DNA of 64,000 bases, from assembly GCA_964568665.1 (NCBI GenBank), contig CAZMPY010000005.1:196330-260329 (forward strand), in the 5' to 3' direction. The first letter of the stretch is position 1. Each line of letters opens with the position of its first letter. Of the stretch, positions 29,713 through 38,054 are shown piece after piece. This DNA comes from an uncultured Thermoplasmata archaeon (lineage in GTDB: Archaea; Thermoplasmatota; Thermoplasmata; UBA10834). Below the pieces are notes generated by a model. It was not told the origin of the DNA. It ran no database searches and was given only the letters and a program-made list of their open reading frames with translations. Position numbers and translations under genes: made by a program.

Positions 29713-30799
29713 ACAGGTACATGCTCAGGCCGATCGCGACCGCTGCGTAGACGAGCATCACGACCGCCGCCACCGCCGGGTCCGGGTAGTAGCTGCTGAA
29801 GGACATGCCGCCCGGGAGCGTCTGCGAGGAGTCCGTCGGGTACGGGTCGCTCAGTATGTAGCTGATGACGCCCGCTGCGAACGTCAACGACCCCTGGAGC
29901 TTGGTCCCCGCGACACTGGATATCCCGTCGACTATGGGCATGATCATGACGAACAGGAAGAACGTCAGGACCGTCGCGCCCGTCGTGCCCTTCAGGACCG
30001 TGCTGATGAGATATGCCGCGGCCGTTGCCGCCAGCAGGTACAGGGCCGCGAACCCGAGGGACAGCAGGAAGTCGTCGTCCACGCCTCCAGCCGAGACCAG
30101 CGAGAGCACGCCTATCCCCGCGTAGAACAGGAAGATGACGATGCCGCCCGCGGTCATGCTCGCCGCGAACTTGCCCGCGTAGAGGACCCATCTCTTGAGA
30201 GGGTTGGGGAATATGAGATACCCTGTACGGTTCTGGAACTCGCCTACGAGGGAGTCCGCACCGAAGAACGTCGCGCATATGACCACGAGCAGGCTCGCGA
30301 ACCCGAGGAAGTTGCCCGCGAAGCTCTCGGGCGATGTCTGCCAGTCGTATGTCGCGGTGACGGTGTTGGCGCTCACGTCCTGCACGAAGAACACGACCCA
30401 GACCTTCTGGCCGCCGTACTCCACGTTGGAGACGAACCAGTTGGCCCCGTCGGCGCTCGCGTATGCCGTGCCGTTGAGGGATATCGCCACCGACGAGCTG
30501 TCTATGTTGCTCCTGTCGAGCAACGCGGCTGCGACGGGCACCGGTCCGCCGGTGCCGCCGACCTGGAACGCCCCCGCGGGGACGAGCGACAGCGTCTGGT
30601 CAGAGTCCGTGCCGCTGTACGGATGCCCGAGCGCGGGCGGTATCACATAGATGAGCGTGAGCACCAGGACCGCGATGCCTATCGATGCGAGCAGCCGCCA
30701 GGACCTGAGGTACTTGAGCAGCTCGTATCTCCAGACTATGGGTACCTGCTCGGCGTCGGAAGGGACCGTGTGCACCGCCTTCTTCTCATCAGCCATCAT
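29687..30799 (-). CDS. ABC-2 type transporter permease
   Basis: YELLKYLR, DSLVGEFQNRTG..FPNPLKR..YAGKF; about 6 TM segments. Confidence 0.88.
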   Translation of the reverse strand: MMADEKKAVHTVPSDAEQVPIVWRYELLKYLRSWRLLASIGIAVLVLTLIYVIPPALGHPYSGTDSDQTLSLVPAGAFQVGGTGGPVPVAAALLDRSNIDSSSVAISLNGTAYASADGANWFVSNVEYGGQKVWVVFFVQDVSANTVTATYDWQTSPESFAGNFLGFASLLVVICATFFGADSLVGEFQNRTGYLIFPNPLKRWVLYAGKFAASMTAGGIVIFLFYAGIGVLSLVSAGGVDDDFLLSLGFAALYLLAATAAAYLISTVLKGTTGATVLTFFLFVMIMPIVDGISSVAGTKLQGSLTFAAGVISYILSDPYPTDSSQTLPGGMSFSSYYPDPAVAAVVMLVYAAVAIGLSMYLFKRKQLAG

Positions 30800-30801
30800 G
30801 A

Positions 30802-31728
30802 TCACCTCGACTCCTTTACCAGGTCCATGTAAAGCATCTCGAGCGGCAGGCCGACGGAGCTGAACTCCGAGACCTTGGCGCCCTCCTTCTGGATGGACAA
30901 GAGCAGGTCCGCCCGCTCGTCGTACGCGCCCTCGTATGTGACGACGAATGTGCGCCCGTTCACGCGCTCCGCCCCGCGCACGCTCGCCATCGAGCGCACG
31001 CGCCCGAGCAGGGCGTCGGTCACGTCGTTGGCGGTCTTGACCTCCATCTTGACGACCTTCGTCTGGCGCTCGAGCGCGCCGATGTCGTCGTACACCAGCA
31101 GCTTGCCGTGGTCTATGAGCGCTGCCGCGTCGCAGGTCTCCTCGACCTCGCCCAGCAGGTGGGAGCTCATGAACACGGTGTAGTGCTGCCTCTTCAGGTC
31201 CTTGATGACCTCCCTGACCTCGACCATCCCCCTCGGATCCAGGCCCGAGGTGGGCTCGTCGAGTATGATGATCTCGGGCTCGTGGAGCAGCGCCTGCGCG
31301 ATCGCCACGCGCTGCTTCATCCCCTTGGAGAACTTGCCGATCCTGGTCGTGCGCCACTCGTCCATCTTGACCTGATGGAGCACCTCGTTGGTCCTGACCT
31401 TGATCTCGTCGGCGGACATGCCCCGTATCCCTCCCAGGTAGGCCAGCGTCTCGACCGGCGTCAGGAACGGATAGAACTCAGGGGTCTCGACGACGGCCCC
31501 GACGTGCCCCAGGGCGCCCTTCGGGTCCGTGAGGACGTCGATGCCGTTCAGCGTCGCCCGTCCGCTCGTCGCAGTGATGAGGCTGGTGAGTATCTTTATG
31601 GTCGTCGTCTTGCCTGCGCCGTTCGGGCCCAGGAAGCCGACGGTCGTACCCTTCTGGACCTTCAGGCTCAGGTTGTCGACCGCCTTGATCGGCCCGAAGG
31701 ACTTGGTCAGGTTCTGGATCTCTATCAT
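30802..31728 (-). CDS. ABC transporter ATP-binding protein
   Basis: GPNGAGKTT, FSKGMKQR, ILDEPTSGLD, SSH. Confidence 0.94.
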   Translation of the reverse strand: MIEIQNLTKSFGPIKAVDNLSLKVQKGTTVGFLGPNGAGKTTTIKILTSLITATSGRATLNGIDVLTDPKGALGHVGAVVETPEFYPFLTPVETLAYLGGIRGMSADEIKVRTNEVLHQVKMDEWRTTRIGKFSKGMKQRVAIAQALLHEPEIIILDEPTSGLDPRGMVEVREVIKDLKRQHYTVFMSSHLLGEVEETCDAAALIDHGKLLVYDDIGALERQTKVVKMEVKTANDVTDALLGRVRSMASVRGAERVNGRTFVVTYEGAYDERADLLLSIQKEGAKVSEFSSVGLPLEMLYMDLVKESR

Positions 31729-31815
31729 GTGCGCACCTCGCGCTCACCCGTCAAGGCCACGAGGGTGTATATAATCCGAACCGCGGATTCCCCGGATAAA
31801 ACCCTCGCCTGAAGT

Positions 31816-32082
31816 TCACTTCCCCAGGGCCCGGAACAGCTCCTTGGCCAGCGCCTCCGCATCCTCACGGACCTTGACCGGATGCATGAGCACCCGTCCG
31901 TGGGGGTACAGGGTCATCTCGGGGCCCTTCCTGACGACCAGCATGACCCCGGCGTTCGACAGTATCTCGTACCCGGCCCCGCGGAGGATGCGTTCACACT
32001 CATCCAGGTCCAGTGTGACCCTGGCCTTGGGGACCGCTTCGAACGCGTCGAACCTGCACGGCTTGACCGCGAGGAACTCCAG
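31816..32082 (-). CDS. Hypothetical 88-aa protein with probable CTG start (not in ORF track)
   Basis: LEFLAVKPCRFDAFEAVPK...EMTLYPHGRVLMHPVKVREDAEALAKELF; SD GAGGTGA 4 nt before CTG; fills the gap directly after the upstream stop. Confidence 0.7.
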   Translation of the reverse strand: MEFLAVKPCRFDAFEAVPKARVTLDLDECERILRGAGYEILSNAGVMLVVRKGPEMTLYPHGRVLMHPVKVREDAEALAKELFRALGK

Positions 32083-32086
32083 ACGC

Positions 32087-32629
32087 TCACCTCTTCCTGA
32101 GGACCTCGTCCATGAGCCCGTCGACCTCGACCTTCAGCGCCTCGACCGTCGAATCGTTCCTGACAAAGCGGTCGGCGAGCGCGATGACCTCGCCCAGGCC
32201 CCAGGCGAGCTCGCGCCGGTCCCTGGTCTCGAAGTCCTCGAGCTTCGCGGGGGAGTCGGGCCTGCCCCTGGCCTTGAGCCGCTCGAAGCGCACCTTGGGC
32301 GACGCGTGTATCGCGACCACCTTCAGGGCCTCCCCGAAAGCGTGCTTGAACGCCCTGACCTCGTCCAGACCCCTGGTCCCGTCGATGACCACGAGGTCAC
32401 CGCCGACCAACGGGATGGTCCTCTTGGCCCAGATGTCCATCCCGTACCGCTTCCGCTCCTCGTTCGCCAGGTTGCCGACGCTCGTGTCCGAGGAGTCGAG
32501 GCCGAACTCCTTGGCCTTCGCGCGGACGATGTCCCCCATCCTCACGACCTTCGCGCCTCGCGCCTGGCAGCACTTGAGGAACTCCTCTTTGCCTGAGCCG
32601 GGCATGCCTGCGGTTACCAGGATCTTCAA
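32087..32629 (-). CDS. P-loop nucleotide kinase, UPF0200 / dephospho-CoA-kinase-like
   Basis: VTAGMPGSGK, MGDIVR, VIDGTR, RFERLKARGR, RDRRELAWG. Confidence 0.85.
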   Translation of the reverse strand: MKILVTAGMPGSGKEEFLKCCQARGAKVVRMGDIVRAKAKEFGLDSSDTSVGNLANEERKRYGMDIWAKRTIPLVGGDLVVIDGTRGLDEVRAFKHAFGEALKVVAIHASPKVRFERLKARGRPDSPAKLEDFETRDRRELAWGLGEVIALADRFVRNDSTVEALKVEVDGLMDEVLRKR

Positions 32630-32691
32630 CAGGTCCACCTGCCTGGTAGATGCGCGCCGTCGGGAAAAAACCTTTGCTGCGCTTCCCTGGG

Positions 32692-33888
32692 TCATCGTAT
32701 CGGGACGCCCGTCCCGAGCGCCGTGACGATGCACGTGCTCAGGGACTCGTGGCCCAGCCCCGCCTTCGACCAGAACCGCGGGCACAGGCCGAGGCCGAGC
32801 ACCGCGCGGTCCATGGCGTCGTCGTCGAACGACCGCATGACCTCCCCGACGAGCCTGTCAGCGGGCGGCGGCCCGAGCTCGCTCGGTGCCCCGAGCAGCC
32901 TCGAGACGGCCCCGGGGTCGACCGTGCCGGAGGCAGATGCGCAGTGTGACAGGACGGCGATCGGTTCCGCGCCCGCCCGGGCGCAGGCCGTGAGCACGTC
33001 GGTCGCGCCCCTCGCGTCCAGCCCGAACGAGAAGCACAGCCTGAGCGCGGGGATGTCGTAGTGCAGGTAGCCTGGCTCCTTCTCGACCAGGGCCATCTGC
33101 CGCGGGTCCTCCCTGACCTTGACGAATGTCCTGCACGGGTACGGGCAGCCGTAACAGCCGAGCGGCCTGTGCGTGATCGCCCTGAAATCCTCACGGTCGG
33201 CGCCCCCGAAGTACGACACGATGCCCGAGCTGGCGCCGAGCTTGGCCCTCGTCTCGGAGTGCAGCGACACGCAGGACTCGAAGTGGGCCTCGGGCTCCGA
33301 GACCGCGATCTCGCCCATGCCCTTGAACGCGACGGCGACGAGGTTCCTGCGGCCCAGCTCCGCCGCGAGGCCGGCCTTGTCCTCCCCGCCCCAGTGGTCG
33401 CACACGAGCTGGGAGCACGCCAGGCCGGCGTCCCCCCAGGGCCCTGCAGCGAGCACATGGATCCGCCTGTCGCCCTGGTCGTCCCTGACCTTGTCGGTCC
33501 TCGCCCAGGTGTCCCTGCCCTTCAGCCCGGGAGACGGGACGAACTCGGCCATGCCGTCCCTGACCCACAGGTATCCAGGCTCATCCGAGGCGCCTTTGAT
33601 CACTACGAAATCGAAACCTGAGAGCTTCAGCTCCAGGCCCGCATGGCCCAGCACCGGGGCCACGCCGCGCTCGCACCAGACGAAGCCCGCGCACGCCGCC
33701 GGCATCGGGCTCCCGGTGAGTATGCCGGAGCCCAGGACGAGGCAGCTGCCACCGTGGGCCGACGAGATGTGCCTCGCGACCTCCGTCGAGAGGCCCTTGG
33801 CGACTACGAAGGAGTTCTCGAGGGGCTCCTCGGACGACTCCCCCGACGACAGGTCGAACACGCATATCCGGCCGTTCGTCATCGGCAT
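32692..33888 (-). CDS. Shortened aldehyde:ferredoxin oxidoreductase-like protein
   Basis: GILTGSP, ELKLSGFDFVVIKGAS..PGYLWV, GPWG, CYGCPYPC; only 398 aa. Confidence 0.7.
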   Translation of the reverse strand: MPMTNGRICVFDLSSGESSEEPLENSFVVAKGLSTEVARHISSAHGGSCLVLGSGILTGSPMPAACAGFVWCERGVAPVLGHAGLELKLSGFDFVVIKGASDEPGYLWVRDGMAEFVPSPGLKGRDTWARTDKVRDDQGDRRIHVLAAGPWGDAGLACSQLVCDHWGGEDKAGLAAELGRRNLVAVAFKGMGEIAVSEPEAHFESCVSLHSETRAKLGASSGIVSYFGGADREDFRAITHRPLGCYGCPYPCRTFVKVREDPRQMALVEKEPGYLHYDIPALRLCFSFGLDARGATDVLTACARAGAEPIAVLSHCASASGTVDPGAVSRLLGAPSELGPPPADRLVGEVMRSFDDDAMDRAVLGLGLCPRFWSKAGLGHESLSTCIVTALGTGVPIR

Positions 33889-33889
33889 G

Positions 33890-34222
33890 TCAGTCCACCA
33901 CCGTGATGCAACCGGTCGGGCACAGCTTCGGGCATTTCGGCTCGCCGCCGCAGAGGTCGCACGGCTCCCTGAGCAGGATCGGCTTCGCGCCCGGCCCGCC
34001 GGACCCGGGAGGCTGCTGGCCCTCGGACGCGCCCTCCGGCCTGCCCAGCACCAGCCCGTCGCCCTTTGTCTTGAGGACGAGCCCGAAGTAGTTGGCCTTG
34101 TCGTCGATGTGCAGGATGATGCTCGAGCTCATCGGGGTGATGACCGAATCCCGGCTCAAGCTGCATGCGACCTCGCAGAGGCCGCATCCGATGCAGAGCA
34201 GGGGATCGATGTTGAGCTTCAG
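33890..34222 (-). CDS. 4Fe-4S ferredoxin-like subunit with probable CTG start
   Basis: LKLNIDPLLCIGCGLCEVACS...CDLCGGEPKCPKLCPTGCI. Confidence 0.8.
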   Translation of the reverse strand: MKLNIDPLLCIGCGLCEVACSLSRDSVITPMSSSIILHIDDKANYFGLVLKTKGDGLVLGRPEGASEGQQPPGSGGPGAKPILLREPCDLCGGEPKCPKLCPTGCITVVD

Positions 34223-34235
34223 CGGACCACCCGGT

Positions 34236-34691
34236 CTAGACCACGTTCTCCGCGATGTCCGTGGTGACGCGGTCGCAGTATATGCACCTGAGGGAGGCGG
34301 GCTTCTTCGACTCGACGACGAACTCCGTCTCCACCGGCTCGTTCTTGTTCGTTATGCAGCCGGGGTTGGAGCACCTCATGATGCCCTTGACGGAGTTGGG
34401 CACCTCGACCACGAACTTCTCGGCCACGTTGTAGTCCCTGATGATGTTGATGGTTGCGTTCGGCGAGATGAGGGCGATCTTGTCGAGCTCCTTGGGATCG
34501 AGCTCCCGGTCCTCGATCTTGACGATGTCCTTCCAGCCGACGCGCTTGCTCGGCACATGCATCAGGACGCTGACGGTCGAGTTGACGTCCTCCTTGACGC
34601 CCACTATCCTGAGGACCTTGAGCGCCATGCCCACCTGGATGTGGTCTATCACGGTCCCGTTCCTTATCGGTGTGACCTTGAACTCCTTCAC
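34236..34691 (-). CDS. pyrI: Aspartate carbamoyltransferase regulatory subunit
   Basis: IRNGTVIDHI, KDIVKIE, CSNPGCIT, CIYCD. Confidence 0.96.
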   Translation of the reverse strand: MKEFKVTPIRNGTVIDHIQVGMALKVLRIVGVKEDVNSTVSVLMHVPSKRVGWKDIVKIEDRELDPKELDKIALISPNATINIIRDYNVAEKFVVEVPNSVKGIMRCSNPGCITNKNEPVETEFVVESKKPASLRCIYCDRVTTDIAENVV

Positions 34692-35623
34692 TTCGATCCC
34701 CCCAGCACGAGCGACAGGAGCGCCATCCTGACCGGCACCCCGTTGAAGGCCTGCTCGAAGTACATCGCGTGCTCCGTCGCGTCGACCTCCGGCGCTATCT
34801 CCGTCACCCTCGGGAGAGGGTGCATGATGATCATGTCCCGCTTGACGTCCTTGAGCATCGCCAGGTCGATCCTGAACATGCCCGCGACCTTCTGATATTC
34901 CGCGGGGTCCGGGAACCGCTCCTTCTGGATCCTCGTGACATAGAGCACGTCCGCGTCCTTGATCGCGCTATCGAGGGACGAACTCATCTTCGGCTTGGTC
35001 CCCATGGCCTCGATGTGCTTGAGATGCTCCTTCGGCATCTGGAGCGTGGGCGGCGCTACGAAGGTCAGCTCCGCGCCGAACTTGGCGAGCGCCTCCGAGA
35101 GCGAGTGCACGGTCCTGCCGTACTTCAGGTCCCCGAGCACGACGACATGGTTCCCCTCGATCTTCTTCTTGGCCTTCTTGATCGTGAACAGGTCAAGCAT
35201 GGTCTGCGTCGGGTGCTGCCCCGCCCCATCGCCTGCGTTGAGCACGGGGTTGTTCGCGAAGTGCGCCGCGAGCCTGGCCGCCCCCTCCTGGGGGTGCCGC
35301 AGGACGATCGCATCCGAGTAGGCGTCGACCATCCTGATGGTGTCGGCGAGCGTCTCGCCCTTGGCGACCGACGACCCCTTGGGCTCGTCGAACCCGAGCG
35401 TCCTGCCGCCCAGGCGCGCCATGGCTGCCTCGAACGACAGGCGCGTCCTCGTGGACGGCTCATAGAACAGGGACCCGAGGATTTTCCCCTCGAGCATCTT
35501 GCTGTTCTCCTCCCCCTTTGCGATCGGGACCATCCTCTCGGCTATCTTGAGGACATGCTCGATCTGCTCCCTGGAAAAATCACGGATGGAGACTACATCC
35601 ATCCCCTGGAAACTTCCTGACAT
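34688..35623 (-). CDS. pyrB: Aspartate carbamoyltransferase catalytic subunit
   Basis: FYEPSTRT, NAGDG, HPTQ, GDLKYGRT, RIQKER, MHPLPR. Confidence 0.97.
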   Translation of the reverse strand: MSGSFQGMDVVSIRDFSREQIEHVLKIAERMVPIAKGEENSKMLEGKILGSLFYEPSTRTRLSFEAAMARLGGRTLGFDEPKGSSVAKGETLADTIRMVDAYSDAIVLRHPQEGAARLAAHFANNPVLNAGDGAGQHPTQTMLDLFTIKKAKKKIEGNHVVVLGDLKYGRTVHSLSEALAKFGAELTFVAPPTLQMPKEHLKHIEAMGTKPKMSSSLDSAIKDADVLYVTRIQKERFPDPAEYQKVAGMFRIDLAMLKDVKRDMIIMHPLPRVTEIAPEVDATEHAMYFEQAFNGVPVRMALLSLVLGGSK

Positions 35624-35784
35624 CAGGGACCTAATCGATTGACACCTTATAAGACTTTCAAATGATACGCTGGCGCTTTCATGGCTTCCGACAGCTCGCG
35701 CCAGCACTTGATGGCAACGGGGTCGCCGATTGGGCCCATTGACGGCCTTCGGAATCGACGGAAAACGAATATGCCGACCGATCG

Positions 35785-36144
35785 TCACACGAGGTCGAAG
35801 TCTTCGATCGCGCTGCGCATGTTCTCGAACCAATCGTCCGCGCACTTGTGAAGCTTCACCTTCAGCTGGGACGGATGCACCGCTGTATATACGTGGAAAT
35901 AGCCCCCGCGCTCGATCGTCTTCGTCTCCCTGAACGCGAGGCCGGCGGCGACTAGCTTCTGAAGCGCTCTGTAGACCGTGCTCCGGTCCTTCTTCATGGA
36001 AGGGGCGAGGTCATCCGCCTTGAGAGGCCCCTCCTTGACCAGTCGCCTGTAGATGAGCAACTCGAAATCGGAAAGGCCGTAGATGCACTTGACGATGTCC
36101 GTGCAGGTCGCCTGTCCCGAGAGGATCTTCTGCGGCTCAACCAT
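35785..36144 (-). CDS. TrmB-like HTH regulator with N-terminal cysteines
   Basis: ATCTDIVKCIYGLS...KDRSTVYRALQKL...GGYFHVY; divergent from tusA. Confidence 0.85.
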   Translation of the reverse strand: MVEPQKILSGQATCTDIVKCIYGLSDFELLIYRRLVKEGPLKADDLAPSMKKDRSTVYRALQKLVAAGLAFRETKTIERGGYFHVYTAVHPSQLKVKLHKCADDWFENMRSAIEDFDLV

Positions 36145-36145
36145 G

Positions 36146-36268
36146 TTGCACGGTAGTGCCATTATTATACTTAACCGTTGCGACACACAGCGAGCCAGAC
36201 ATCCGGCCGTTCACAACGTGAAAATCTTTATTTACTGCCAAGGCAATCGGGTTTGCACGGTAATGCCA
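36146..36268. promoter_or_regulatory. Divergent promoter region with two copies of TTGCACGGTARTGCCA
   Basis: Copies at 36146-36161 and 36253-36268 (15/16 identical); BRE/TATA-like GAAAATCTTTATTTA at ~36220-36234. Confidence 0.65.
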
Positions 36269-36282
36269 AAACCGCAGGAGAG

Positions 36283-36516
36283 ATGGTTGTGGACAAGGAC
36301 GCGACATTGGACGCGAAGGGGCTGATGTGCCCGATGCCGATAGTGCAGCTCGCCAAGAAGGTCAAGGGGATGACTTCCGGACAGGTCCTCGAACTCCTCG
36401 CCGACGATATCGGGGCAAAGGACGACATCCCCGCATGGTGCAGCAGGACCGGCAACCAGCTCATCCAGATGGAAGAGGACGGCAAACTCATCAGATTCTA
36501 TATACGCATCAAGTGA
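36283..36516 (+). CDS. tusA: TusA/SirA family sulfur carrier
   Basis: LDAKGLMCPMP...GQVLELLADD..DIPAW. Confidence 0.9.
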   Translation: MVVDKDATLDAKGLMCPMPIVQLAKKVKGMTSGQVLELLADDIGAKDDIPAWCSRTGNQLIQMEEDGKLIRFYIRIK

Positions 36517-36543
36517 CGACATGGAGACAACGAGGTGATGGAT

Positions 36544-36948
36544 ATGGCAGACAAATTCTGTATGGTCGTGAGCGAGGGCGGTTTCGACAAGGCCATGATG
36601 CCGCTGATCATGGGCACGACGGCCGCGAGCATGGGTATGGAAGTGCATGTGTTCTACACGTTCTTCGGGCTGAACCTGCTGAAGAAGGGGAACAGGCCGA
36701 AGCTCCCGGGCATGATGAGGTTCTTCACGGGAATGATGGAGAAGAAGATGAAGAAACTGAACATCCCGAGCATCCAGGAGATGATGAAGCAGGCCCGTGA
36801 ACTCGATGTCAAGTTCTACGCCTGCAGCACATCCATGACCCTGATGGGCATGAAGGAGAGCGACCTGGTCGAAGGGACGAAGATCCTCGGGGCCTCGGCG
36901 TTCCTCAACCTGGCGGCTGACTCGAAGACGACCCTGTTCATCGGGTGA
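36544..36948 (+). CDS. DsrE2-like (DsrE/DrsH family) protein
   Basis: VHVFYTFFGL...VKFYACSTSM..GASAFL..AADS. Confidence 0.85.
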   Translation: MADKFCMVVSEGGFDKAMMPLIMGTTAASMGMEVHVFYTFFGLNLLKKGNRPKLPGMMRFFTGMMEKKMKKLNIPSIQEMMKQARELDVKFYACSTSMTLMGMKESDLVEGTKILGASAFLNLAADSKTTLFIG

Positions 36949-36957
36949 GCGGATACC

Positions 36958-37257
36958 ATGAAGACCGCTTTCATCGTGATCAGATCACCGACGGAACTGG
37001 ACCCGACGCACATGATCGCGAGGCTCGCCGACAGGGCGGACTCGACCGCGATACTCTTCGAGGACGGCGTCTACCAGGCGCTGGTCGGAAACGCATCGGA
37101 GAGGCTCGGCAAGGCCGTGCACGAGGTACTTGTCTCTAGGGAGGACATGGAGGCCAGAGGGTTCACCCAGGCGGACCTGAAGCTCGGCGTGGCCGTCGGA
37201 TACGACGACATCGTGGACTGCATAATGGAGCGCACCGAGCGCACGGTGACAGTCTGA
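36958..37257 (+). CDS. DsrH/TusB family protein
   Basis: ILFEDGVY...EDMEARG...VGYDDIVD. Confidence 0.82.
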   Translation: MKTAFIVIRSPTELDPTHMIARLADRADSTAILFEDGVYQALVGNASERLGKAVHEVLVSREDMEARGFTQADLKLGVAVGYDDIVDCIMERTERTVTV

Positions 37258-37266
37258 GGTGCTCAT

Positions 37267-37626
37267 ATGGCGAAGACAATGACTATAATCTGGAGGTCCG
37301 GCTCGATGATGGCGATGGACGTCAACATCGCGGTCAAGCTAGCGCAGGCGGCCAGGGCCAAGGGATACAAGGTCAACATGTTCGGATACGGGGAGGGCGT
37401 CACGGCCGTCAAGAAGGGCCAGAACCCGAAGCGCTTCCCGAACGTCGGTAAGGAGCTGGAGCAGGCCGCGAAGGACGGCATAGCCCAGGCCGTGTGCGAG
37501 ACCTGCTTCGCCGCCAGGGGCTTCGAACGCGGCGAGGAGATCCCGGGAGTGAAGGTCGGCAGCCTGACCAACGACCTGTTCAGGTTCGTGTCCGAGTCCG
37601 ACAGGCTCGTGACAATCGCGAGGTGA
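37267..37626 (+). CDS. DsrE/TusD family sulfurtransferase
   Basis: VNMFGYGEGV...VCETCFAARG...SDRLV. Confidence 0.82.
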   Translation: MAKTMTIIWRSGSMMAMDVNIAVKLAQAARAKGYKVNMFGYGEGVTAVKKGQNPKRFPNVGKELEQAAKDGIAQAVCETCFAARGFERGEEIPGVKVGSLTNDLFRFVSESDRLVTIAR

Positions 37627-37633
37627 TGATGAC

Positions 37634-37990
37634 ATGGCAGGTTCCACACTGGTGCTGATAACAAGGCCGCCGTACGGGCTCGAGGAGGCCTTCGCCGGCC
37701 TCAGGCTGGCGCTGGCGATGAGCGTGAACGGGATGAAGACCTCGGTCCTCATGGTCGAGGACGGTGTGTACAACGCGGTCGGGACCCAGAGGGGCGACGC
37801 GGTCGGCATGCCGTCGAACATGGACGCCACGAAGGAGCTGTACGATTTCGACGTGCCCGTGTACGTCGTCAAGGAGGACCTCGCGGCGAGGGGCATACCC
37901 GAGTCGAAGCTGTTCGAGGGGCTCAAGCCGGTCCCTGTCGCCGAGGCCAGGAAGCTCATGGCCGAGCACGACGTCGTCACGACCTTCTGA
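37634..37990 (+). CDS. DsrF/TusC family protein
   Basis: TRPPYG...GLRLAL...EDGVY...EDLAARGI...DVVTTF. Confidence 0.82.
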   Translation: MAGSTLVLITRPPYGLEEAFAGLRLALAMSVNGMKTSVLMVEDGVYNAVGTQRGDAVGMPSNMDATKELYDFDVPVYVVKEDLAARGIPESKLFEGLKPVPVAEARKLMAEHDVVTTF

Positions 37991-38001
37991 AACCCCCATC
38001 C

Positions 38002-38030
38002 GGGAGGCGATCCTCCCATCCGGCCTTTTA
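38002..38030 (+). terminator. Hairpin GGGAGG-CGAT-CCTCCC followed by T-tract after the dsr-like operon
   Basis: Perfect 6-bp inverted repeat just after the stop codon. Confidence 0.4.
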
Positions 38031-38054
38031 TACAACCTTGTCCAATCACTTGAC

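Noticed and set aside
30800..31357. Apparent 556-aa permease
   Set aside because: The upstream part overlaps the ABC ATPase in another frame; the true start is at 30799/30796 after GGAGGTGA-like SD.
37764..38054. Apparent read-through from dsrF into arcS
   Set aside because: Different frame from dsrF, low-complexity translation, and ArcS homology begins at 38055 after a TATA-like tract.
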